DNA of 60,667 nucleotides, filler included, from Catajapyx aquilonaris (Eukaryota): NCBI GenBank assembly GCA_000934665.2. It is 2 parts of 2 records of this genome, joined end to end, with 100 filler letters (N's around TTAATTAATTAA, not from the genome) between each part and the next. Parts side by side here need not be neighbours in the genome. Positions count along the whole stretch, not along the records: positions 1 to 30,287 come from JYFJ02004664.1; positions 30,388 to 60,667 come from KZ539191.1. One strand, 5' to 3'. Shown piece by piece: positions 25,727 to 36,656 of this stretch (position 1 is its first letter; each line of letters starts with the position of its first letter). The notes under the pieces were generated by a model. It saw only the letters and a program-made list of their open reading frames with translations, ran no database searches and was not told where the DNA came from. The position numbers and the translations under genes were made by a program.

Positions 25727-28700
25727 TATATATAATCGCGCGCATGTCCTTGATGCGAGTCTGAGGGTATCTTCACTTCGCTGTTGATGACAGGTTTGTT
25801 TCAATGAAAAGTACTGCAACATTTACTATAGAATTTCCGTCGAAGTAAGAAATGACATATGTGCAAAGTGAGGGGCTCGCATTGTCCGATACAGCAACAA
25901 TATGTATTGGCGGATATATTGCCCTTCTTGAGGGATATGATAAGTGGTATATGTTGGTCTCTTCCAAATATGTTGCAGCCCAGTCCGTCCAAGAGCTCGA
26001 CGATACACAATAAAATTATTAACTGATGGCAATAAGGGCGTCGGGTTGATTTTTTCATTGTTTAATCAATGTCGCCCACTTATCATGACGCAGATACCTG
26101 TCGTTTTAATTCACCCTGACTTTCTGCATCACCTGTTGTGCTAATAACTGACGGGCTGGAATTTATGCGGATCACACGGGGTCATGGGCATTACTTGCAG
26201 GTGATTTTGGAGTCATGTCAGGGCTGTTACGACAGGGATAGTAATAATACTTAGGCTAAGCAACAGCATCGTCATAAAACTACCGAAAACATTATTATTG
26301 TAAGATTCCTAAGTGGTTTCACTCAGACAATCGCTGAAAGTATACTGTACTTATAATATGTCTCTGCAGTCTGTTAGTGTGTCATTAGTCAGGTGGTCGG
26401 GTCAGGTAGAATACTACTTGGGGGGTCGAGACGAGGCAATTTTGATTAATTACATCTCTTCTCATTATAGTGTGGTGTTATTGGGGATGTGTCGACAGGA
26501 GTGCTACTGGGAATGGTGATCCTCCTATTGACATCACTCTGCAACAGAATACAAGCGGGGCACAAATAATTACATACGACGGTATGTGGCACAGATGCCT
26601 AATGAACTGAAGGCAAAATATATTCATTTCAAACATGCCGGAAATAATGGTTACTCTTTTTAATGCTCGGGTCTCTGATGGGCATTTGGACCACCGGTAA
26701 TATTAATGAAAATACTAATGTAACAGTATAGCACCCAAGAGGTATAGGCCTGTGTGGTTATTCAAACAACTCTCTGCGAACGGTGATTCTGGCATGCTCC
26801 AATAATAGCTATATATACCTTGTAGACTGTACCAATAATGGGCTCTACATGTCGTATATTAATATTGCTCCACGATAGTTGGATTGGTCCTAGTGTCGCA
26901 CGCGTGCGTTTCCTTAAGCATCGCATTACACAGGTCCCTTCTTTGCAATGGATTCTTCTTCCTGTTCATCTGAAGCAAAAATGGTTTCTCTGCCAGCCAG
27001 GGTATCGCAGCATATATATTGTGTGACTCCGTCAAGTTCTCCGTCAATATATATATATATTTTTTCTCGATACCTACTGCATGATTGTGATCAAACAAGG
27101 ACTTTTTAAAACGCTACTTCATATTTTGGACACAGCCACCTTGGACAGGGTCCTTGTCGTGGAATCTTCCTATACACAACCGGCGGACTTGGCCATGGAC
27201 GCATCCTTTGAAGTCCGTGGTCTCTATATTATATAGATCGCTTTGATGGAATGCGGCTGCGGATGGGCTTGTTTCAGTTTCCATGCAAAGATGAAACACG
27301 TCCTCCCTTCTGGTATCTATACGCATGATGGCATCATGGTGTCATATGTATGAGAGCACCCGTACGAGCACGCAGGCTTCTTTTCGCCTGTGTGCGACGC
27401 ACCACTCGATACGCAGGTGGTCTCTTTCGCCAATCCACTCTTGGATGCTAAGTAAGTTATATGGGAATCACCATCGTCCAATACATAACTATAGGCAGTG
27501 CAGATGACTAACCAACCCAGCAGAACTCGTTCTGTGTTGTGCAAATCAATCTTATGGCAGCGAACACGGAGTTGCACCTCTATAGTTTTCGTTCTGCTCT
27601 TCGAAATCTGTCTCACGGCACAGCAGCTTCAGGGCATGATTTCGCTTTTCCTGCATTATTGGTTATTGCCAATATCAGGTTCGCGTGGAGCCATAATATT
27701 TGATCCAACTGTTCTTTCGAAAAGAGATGAGAATGTGAAGCACGTCTGCAGCATAGTCCGGTCCTGTACATATTATGTATCCAGCATGCTCATAAAGGGC
27801 GATTCCCCTCAGAAAGCGGGCATGACACAACAAGGGCAAGGTATATAGGACACTCTATCAGTCTGCCCCTGCTGGAGAGGCCGATTCAAAATCACTATAG
27901 ATAAAAATGTCAATATTGTTTGTTCATGTTTTTCTTCTTCCGGACATTGCAAGGGGTCCTATTGTACTTAATCGGCTGGTTCTTAGTTGTGAACAAATAA
28001 GTAGATAATATACCACCAGCACTTACTTTGGCGAGACAACACCGTCTTCTCCTTCTATTAGTTCCAGCAGAAGGACGGACTGACTCTCCAGGAACAAAGT
28101 TGGTGAGTTGAAATAGGCGCTTTCAAAGAGCCGGGCCAGAGGTCAAAATGACTGCTGTTACTAACTCATTTGAGGACTCAAAGTCTGGAAGACTCCCCCA
28201 GGGCCGCCCCTATACAGGTCTGGCCCCCGTCTGCCAGTCTCTTTAGAGGAAAAGTTAGCGGTGGTGTATGACAAACACGATATCTTCATACATATATAAA
28301 TACATTTATAGAGTGAATATTATTGCGACAAAAAAAATATGAAATATGGGCGAATCAGTCAGGAAGGACTGATGGAAACGGACTATTCAATTGTCAATGT
28401 GCTGGGTCGATAGTGTGTTGGAGGCTTCTTCCAGCCTTTCTTCTGACACTATACACTCCCGTGACCCCAATATATGTCATGATTTCGACCAGCCCCAGCA
28501 GTACAGTGATGGTCACTGTTTCTTTGTCAATAGTAGTGCTCACCCACGAGCCTTTGAAACAAAGTCGTGCAAGAGAGATCATATACACTATGTACTTGCG
28601 CAGGTCGTGCAGGGTATATATTCCATCTATAGCCTTCCAGGTGCCACACTAACTCGACGCACTAACTGCAATGAGCCAAAGGAATCGGTTGTTGTATATT

Positions 28701-30011
28701 GGTTGAGTATAATTTAGATACATCATAATAATTATGGTATATCGTCCGGTTTTCTAAGCTCGTATGAGTTAAGATGAACATGTCGGATGTTATATACAAC
28801 ATGTTATTGTTGGCTGATCCGGACACTCCAGCAGACATTGCTTTTGCTTGCAAGAGGCAACCACATGGATCACGGCGTCTTCCTCTGCGTCCTTTACACA
28901 ATTTTGTAATATTTATTTGTGAAAATAATCAAGAAAACAGGTGACAATGTTTTATGGACAAATATCCTTCTTCTCCACATATTGGTGGCTGCTTCGGAGA
29001 AAGTCATGACAGTTCTTTATAGTGGAGTATCATTTCTTGATAATTATTAAATCCCCTTTCTCCCCCCGATTTGGGGGGGGGGGGATGTGCATCACTTTTC
29101 ATCCGATGGAAGTGTATCATCAATAATTCATCATGAATACAGAAAAACAAAGGATACAAACCAGTGATGGCAGTCTCCAAGGTATAGACTACTGTGCGTG
29201 TTAGATTACGTCCACAAAGAAGATGGCGAAATGCACCGCCTGATTGATTAATACCGATATAATTATATTATCTGATGACGTGAGTACCAAGGCTGCGAAG
29301 GACCAACGACACTCCAACCTTCGAAGTTTGTATGCATCAGCGTGGGACACTCCTCAAAGCAGCGGTAGCATTTTTAACAGTATAAGGCGGAAAAGGTCTG
29401 GATCCAATAATAATTGGTACTGTACTATACGAGTATGATCAATAAACAAATCTTACACCTCCATCCGCCTCGCTCGGCACACTATTGTAATAATGGCTGC
29501 TACAATTCAGCGGATGCTCTTATTAGAAATGATGAAACGGAGAAGGTCTCGTGCTGGCTAGCGTGGTCACAGGAATGGCATCAATGGGCGTTTGGAACAT
29601 TATGTTGAATACCTTTCTGGACTGGCTTCAGTTTGAATATTTGGCATAGTCGTGATCACGGTGATGCATCTGTAATGCTTTGAAGTCTCCTCTCCCATCA
29701 CCTCCATGCGTGACCAAGAATGAACATGATAGCACCTGCGTGTCAGTCAGGTGCTGGTTGTTCCCGGAGTTGGGAGGTTTAACTGTGAGAAAAATATTAT
29801 ATATGCAGTATAGGCTTATTTAAAAAGAACTCCCTTCAACTTCGTGAGGGGCGTCACCTTGTCCGGAGGTCCTTTGTGTCCGCAACAATTATTACATCCG
29901 ACGCAAGATATAGGGCGATATAAAATATTGATTCCAACGATGCGGAAATCAGCAGGGGTTACTCCCTCCAGCCCCTATTCCTGGGCTTGGCAAGGTCCTG
30001 GAGCAGTATAA

Positions 30012-30273
30012 AGGCCGCTTCACAAATTCGGAGGATGGCTGAGCGGGCGGAAAGCGGGCGGAAAGCGTGCTTTTGGGACTCGGAATGTGAGCGCTGGCAA
30101 TTCACAAATTCGGCGGTGACGCTGCGGGCGGAAACTCTGAGCGGTGGGGAGCGGTGGGAACCGCTCGAGTCCATCTGGATGGACTCGCGAGGGCGGATAG
30201 CAGGCGGTTGGAGGAGGCAAGATGGCGGCGCTTTCCGCCCGCTCAGCTTTCCGCCGAATTTGTGAAGCGGCCT
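30012..30273. mobile_element. PIF/Harbinger-type MITE (262 bp)
   Basis: TIRs AGGCCGCTTCACAAATTCGG / CCGAATTTGTGAAGCGGCCT; 3-bp TSD TAA at 30009-30011 and 30274-30276. Confidence 0.9.
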
Positions 30274-30287
30274 TAAGGACTCACTCC

Positions 30288-30387
30288 NNNNNNNNNNNNN
30301 NNNNNNNNNNNNNNNNNNNNNNNNNNNNNNNTTAATTAATTAANNNNNNNNNNNNNNNNNNNNNNNNNNNNNNNNNNNNNNNNNNNN
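30288..30387. other. Assembly gap with artificial all-frame stop linker
   Basis: 44 N + TTAATTAATTAA + 44 N = 100 bp. Confidence 0.95.
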
Positions 30388-33300
30388 ACTCCCTCACTCC
30401 CTCCTTCCCTCTCCCCCGTCCTCTTACTCAACACCCCGCTTCACCATTTCAAAAACCTATATAGTGAGGTTAATTCATGCGCCGCCTTCCGTATTCTGCT
30501 GTACATTACCCTACTGTCGACATGTGTCAAATCCACGCGGGCTTTGGATGGCTGGTTTAGTTTTTTTTTCTAGCCTCCTTTTTTAGGTACAGTATCTTGT
30601 AGGCAAGGTTTACGAGGTTGCTGCATGAGGTCTGATGCAGGGTAGGGATCTTGCTCTGACTTCGTTTGTTTCTTCCATCTTCTTCTGATGACAATCATAG
30701 TGACCCGGAATTTTTAGTTTCAGAGTTAGTATTGCTCTTCCTCACTGCGCGAAACAAAGGTAGGAAATAAAAAGGTTGAATATGTGGAGAGTCTGGTATG
30801 GTTTGTTAAGTAAATAAATTTTGTAATATTTTGTAAGTTTGTGAGATAATCTGGAAAATGGGTGGCATATAAAACGTATTGGTCGTCCAAAAAGTACGTC
30901 GTGCTAGTAGGGATCACGGGATTTGTGAGAGTGACAGAGAGTGGCGTAGGGCAGAGGTGTTGTCAAGCTTGACGTCACGCTAGAAAGTCATTAAAACAGT
31001 GGTACTCGATTTTAAAATGACCTCCTTTACACTTTAGACTTTAGAGCAATGAAAGTTTCCTGCCAGAAGTCCCCAGATGCTATTATTTGGCCCAACATAG
31101 GCAAGTTCTGAACTGTTAATTTTAATAAAAGGGGTCTTCGAGTCATACATGTTGCCCGTTGGCCATCACATGGCTGTGACAATGATTCTTTATTTCTATT
31201 CATGTGACTGCATGAAATCCCACACTTTACAGTGTATTCATTTAACCTTGACATAACTACTGCTGTCCGAGTCTATAGTAGTGCAAAACCTCCTGAGGTA
31301 GTTCATTATTCCTTTTAGTATTCATTTCAGTTGCATAGAGCCGGTGCCATATAAACCCACAAAAAACTTTCCTTTGATGACAATATTACGCGTACTAAAA
31401 ATATCGCACCTACAGTAACAATGACACGTCTCTATAGGTCTAGGTCATTATTGTATACTGTTTTTCTGTGTAATGCATCTAAAAGTCGATTAACTCTTCA
31501 GAAAAGAACTGAGAATCTGAATCGTACAGTGCACCCGGAGGTATTATACAGTATATGTTACTTTTGTAATACCGGTACTTTGCCTGCTTTCTTGGATTCT
31601 ATACTTTCTATTGTAAGTGTGCCCTATGGCCTCATCTCCATTATCTTCATATTATCATTCTGTGACAGCGAAAGGTTAAAGGTTCGTTAACATTTATTAC
31701 ATTGTAGGCTAAGTATACAGAGTGTCTTTTACTGGTAGGACATACCGGCGCCAGAGTACTTGGCCCAAAACAAGTTAATAATTTAGGACTGAGAAATGTC
31801 GAGGGACCAAACTGGCTTGTTTTGAGCAAACAGGTACTCTGGTGATGGGGTGTCCCACTTGTAAGACACACGCTATAATAATCCGGAGGCTTCACCTACC
31901 TCTCTCGTTCCACCTACCAAAAGTGGAGATTAGAGCAACAATGGAGTCGATTGAGATTGGACACCCAATGGGAGCAGGTCTTGCTCGGCAATGACAGGGG
32001 ATTAGGTGTATATCTTCAAACACGATCTGGGTCATCTGACATGTGCAGAAAGCTTGCCGGCAGCAGTATTGTGCGACTGAAAAGCATGAAGAGAAAATAG
32101 GCGAATTCTCTCTGGGTTGCTATGTAATATTTTGGAGGTGTGTGAGACAATATATTGGTTTGGTGTAGTGCCGGATTCAACCACTATGATACTCCAAGCT
32201 CCCATGAGTTGTGTCAAAGCAGCCTCTACTGTGCATATTATGCTAGCAACATAAGCATTACTAACTCTCACTTCTGAGGCTCTGTAGTACTCGTATAATA
32301 TTGGCAAGTTCCTGATGTAAAATATATATACGTACAGTATACAGCACGCTGCCAATACTGTACGAAAATTCAATTTTGAAATGCCAATTTCAGTGAGAGA
32401 AAGGTGCGTAGAAGGCTGCCGTTTTTTTCGCAACCCCCCCCCNGTAGCAACAGAACCTTCCGATAGAATCATGTTCCCAAACACCATTCGACAACTTGTA
32501 AAGTGCACCCTTTGTTTTCCATTACCCTGGGGTAGAAAAGCGCGCAGTCCATTAATCCTGTGACATTTCCACTTACCTTCCAGCAGAAGTGCATCTATAA
32601 GTGCAGGTAAAAGTTGCGAACGTCCAACCGCATCCCCGCCTCTTCCCCCACTTCCCCCCCCCCTACTCCCCACCCACCCCCTCAAATAAATGTACCTGCC
32701 AGCCGAGTGCATATATGCACAGTTAGAAGCAGGTTAGAAGAGGTTCGGGGCAACCAAGACTTTTCCACCTCCATCCCGCTCGCACTTTCGCAGGATGAAC
32801 ATCCATCCTGAGCCGCCTTTCCACCCCTTTTCCTTTATCCCTTCCGAAAAGGAAACAAGTCGGAACATCAATAGAGAGAGTAATGCCGCTTGTCACGCTT
32901 GATAGAATTGCCAAACGGACTTGTTCACTTCTGCTGGCTGCCTGAAGCTGTGTCCTTGGCCAAACGGGGTGCCACACAAGTCACGATAAAAGGAGGGGGG
33001 AAGGAGGGGAGGGGTAGAAGAAGAAGAAGGAAGGGGGGAGGGTAAAAAAAAAAGGTGGTGGGGCTGACTTGACAGGTGAAATGGATCACTGTGGCTCTGT
33101 TCCGGATTGGAGCTTTTCACTCCAGCCGCAATAGCTGAACTTAACCGACCGAATAGCAATGAAAATTGGTTGGGTCAAACTCAAGTGCAAATTAGTCGAC
33201 TTTTCAACCACTCAGGTTCTTGTAGTAGTCAGCCTTTCACCGACCTGAGCTCACCCATTAAACAGGGGCAAAGCAAACCGGCTTCAGCGGAAGACAAATA

Positions 33301-33528
33301 TCCGCGAGTTTATGTATGGAAGTCAGAAATGACGGGTGTAGGCTGGGGGGAGTGGTGGCCAGCTGGTGGGCACGTCTCGAAACATAGAGCACTCCAAAGA
33401 ATAACTAATGCCCTTCTCTCTACCGAGGCAGCTGCCAAATCTGTTCGTAGTAGAGACTAGGAAATCTGTGCCAGATAATACTAACCAGTATTCCATCACC
33501 ATCATCAACAGCAACAACAACAAAAGCA

Positions 33529-33529
<1 letters not shown>

Positions 33530-33584
<55 letters not shown>
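33530..33584. repeat. (ATT)n microsatellite
   Basis: Seen directly. Confidence 0.95.
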
Positions 33585-33585
<1 letters not shown>

Positions 33586-33597
33586 TGTGAGTAGCCT

Positions 33598-34448
33598 AGT
33601 GAAAACCACAGCTTGAAAGTTCAGAATTTACCATTTCTTCGCCTGCAATAGCTACCATACAGCAGGTACTATGAACGTGGAAAAAATTTAGCATTCATTT
33701 ATATTGCAATGATAGATGATGGCAATTTTTTCAGTCACATATTGCTGAAGAAGAAGAACATTCATAAAATACAAAATGCGCTGAATCATGGTTCTCCTTT
33801 GCAATACCATATTTCAGGTGTTGTCACATTGATCAACAATCAACATTTATCATATTGAATACCAGTTTGAGTCAGTGGTTTCCAACCGGGGCAGGGGTCG
33901 CGGGCAGGGTCGCGGGGGGCCGCGAACCTTGGTTCAACTTTTTTTTTGCAATTTCTGTGCCAATTGAACCATTTTTGCTGCTGTACAGAGCGTATGTTTT
34001 CTGGAAAGGGGGCATTTGTAGAAGGGGCCGGGGGAGGGGACGAAGGGGGTCGCATATTTATGGAAACATGTTTAGGGGGTCGCAGTTGGTAAAAGGTTGG
34101 AAACCACTTGTTTAAGTGAACAATATTGATTTCAAAAAAAATGCCATTATGTACTGCATCGCTCAAAAACATAGAGACGATTTTACTGCAGAAGGGCCCA
34201 CAAAGCCTTGCAGGTTAATAAAACGTATTATTATTGTTAATAAAACGTATTAGAGACGATTTTGCATTTGATTCCAGTGCAGCCTGCACCTGAGTCAAAT
34301 GCAAAATTGTATCTATGTTTTTGAGCGATATAGTACCTTTGTTACAAAAATTAAAATTACAATTCAGGCGGGTTTCTAGTGCCTTCAATGACCATTTCAA
34401 ATTCGAAAAAATTGCAAATTCTCAATTTTCGAGTCCAGGTTTTCACTA
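33598..34448. mobile_element. Old palindromic MITE, split by later insertion(s)
   Basis: Outer arms ~33598-33641 / ~34404-34448 and inner arms ~34151-34183 / ~34303-34335 are imperfect reverse complements. Confidence 0.55.
33873..34109. mobile_element. hAT/Charlie-type MITE
   Basis: TIRs CAGTGGTTTCCAACC / GGTTGGAAACCACTT; subterminal GGGGTCGC repeats; 8-bp TSD GTTTGAGT / GTTTAAGT. Confidence 0.85.
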
Positions 34449-34950
34449 TTCAGAAAACAGATATTTAAGAACTAAATTTCACGGTTCATCTAATTATTAT
34501 TCTAATGCAGTATTATTGGGAACAACATACTTCCAATAAAAATTATTGTGGGTCACAGCTTAATCGATCCTGGAAGATATCCCTTTATTGGTAGGAGAAC
34601 TAGAGGGGTAAGCAATACATTCTCACAAGTTTCAAGATTGTCATAAAACAAAACTAGTTTTATCTCCATGTGACTGCCCTCCGACTGAAAGATCATGCAT
34701 TATTTTGTACTTTGGTTGTGCTTTTTATTCATGTTGTCAGGCCAAAATGACCTTATCGCAACATTTGGAAGCGGTTTTGTTTCGTTAGGATGGCAGTGAA
34801 TGGTCTATGTCCCATGGCCAATTCTGTAAAAATACTCCAAGCTCCTAGCCTGACCATGTCATTTGCAGGAATTGTTTATAGATGAGAATGTTGTATCTCC
34901 ACCATGGAATTCGTAAGAAAGTATTGCGATTTTCTCCAAACTGGTTTTTT

Positions 34951-35512
34951 GGCACTTACAACCAAACTTACCCTTTTTACTCCCCTGAATTTTGAAAATG
35001 TTTGCATTTTCTATAGTGTTGTGCAAACATCACCTCGGTTGCTAATTTTCACGTTAGCAGCAGGGTCAAAATACAAGCTAAAAGGCGATATTCCGAAGCC
35101 ACAACACTGGCAGCCGGTCGCGGGTCCCAGGTCCCTGGTCCCCGTTTCCGGTCGCAGCGACTGATATCAGTGGTATGGAAATGATTGATTAGACTTGATT
35201 CATACATTGCTACATAAAATTGATTTCAAAGCGTGTGAGGTGATATTATTCTCGCTCGCGCCACCCGAGAGCGGGTTACAGTCGCGGCGACCGGCGACGG
35301 GGAACGGGGGACCGGGGACCTGCGACCGGCTGCTAGTGTTGTGGCTTCGAAATATCGCCTTTCGGCTTGTATTTTGACCATGCTAACGTGAAAATTAGCA
35401 GCAGAGGAGATGTTTGCACAACACTATAGGCAAAGCAGATTATTTTAGAAAATACAATAATATATTTTCAAAATTCAGGGGAGTAAAAATAGTAAGTTTG
35501 GTTGTTAGAGCC
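34951..35512. mobile_element. Long-arm palindromic MITE
   Basis: Imperfect inverted arms of ~215-235 bp at 34951-~35165 and ~35277-35512. Confidence 0.85.
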
Positions 35513-36578
35513 TTGTGCACATCCACTCTTCAATTAACCATATTTGTCGGAAAGTGTTTTGAATCGCCTTATGTCTCCCAAAAAAATTAAACGTAGTCCA
35601 TAAAAATATTTCTGGGATATCTTAATGATCGCTAGAGATTAACATATATTCCCTCCATCGCATCGTCCGCAGTAAAGTTCATAAAACACAACAACTCCTA
35701 TTATCGTGAAGATATTACTACTGGGTTTAATATTTCTCAAAGCAGTATTTCAGTGAGAAGAACATGTTAACACAACAAATATTTCATATTCAATAATCAC
35801 AAACACCCTAAAGCATTTGTCTGGGATACATCATACGATAGACGAATTTCTTTGAACAATATGACCTTAACTATATCGAGCTTTTTTAAAATCCTCCATT
35901 GGGCGGGGAAGAGAAGGAAAGTAGCGTGTGTTGCTTAGGAATAGCTTCTTTCAGCTCCATCCTGCCCGATACTTCTTTTCTGAACCGATTTCTTCCTTGC
36001 TTATCAGTTACTCAATGAGAGCGTTATCACAGTAACCACCTGATTTAATTTCAGAAAATGTTAAGAGATCTAGATTCAGTTCCCATTCCCTTGAGTCAAT
36101 GAACTCTAATGTAGAGAGCACGGAGTCGGTACGATACGTTGCCGGTGTGAGAGATGAAAAAGGGTCCACTCTCGATAAATGTTTTAAAGTTTACAGAGAA
36201 AAAAATTATTCATTGTTCTCGAGGTTTTACACATTTCAGAACCTATTCCGTCAACTAACTTAATTTGACATGGTCGGGGGAAGATTGTAAAATCATTGTA
36301 AAAAGTGTAACAAGGCTACATATATAATTTCAAATGTACAGTGCGAAGTCAGAAAATAAGAATGACAATTCTGCCAGTTATGTCACCCCATAACAATCAA
36401 ACCGTAATTCTTGATAACTATACTAACTAATAATTTTTGTAAAGTAAGCTGTCATTAATGAATGTCATATTCTGAGATTTTAACATTTATGCCAAATATC
36501 TCTTATGCCGCTCGAATGCGAACAATATACAGGCCCAATTAAAACACTGGTTGCCATTGTACTTACTTTCATCTTATG

Positions 36579-36656
36579 TGGACGGTGTTATGCAGTAACC
36601 ATGTAACCCATATGGGTACCCGTATGGGTTACATGGTTACTGCATAGCACCGTCCA
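36579..36656. repeat. 78-bp palindrome
   Basis: Centred on GGTACC (36615-36620), with two mismatched pairs. Confidence 0.9.

Larger units (their letters stand above)
11100..29935 (-). pseudogene. EVE-A: near genome-length endogenous flavi-like (pesti-like / large-genome flavi-like) RNA virus polyprotein relic
   Basis: Uninterrupted coding-like minus-strand sequence, with several 130-340 codon stretches carrying only 2-5 stops and no intron structure. Protease, helicase and RdRp motif remnants occur in Flaviviridae order. Boundaries approximate. Confidence 0.75.

Noticed and set aside
1200..29935. Large DNA virus (nudivirus/nimavirus/Polinton) or nidovirus origin
   Set aside because: No DNA polymerase, LEF, PIF or capsid motifs were found. 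Strict single-strand polarity and an SF2 helicase upstream of a GDD RdRp fit Flaviviridae-like organisation instead.
29959..30265. Overlapping GC-rich ORFs near the window centre
   Set aside because: They lie within the Harbinger MITE.
30332..30343. TTAATTAATTAA as a biological site
   Set aside because: Embedded symmetrically in Ns; an artificial linker.
4506..33590. ORFs with poly-I/L/N/H/M tracts as real proteins
   Set aside because: They are kept open by stop-free microsatellites.
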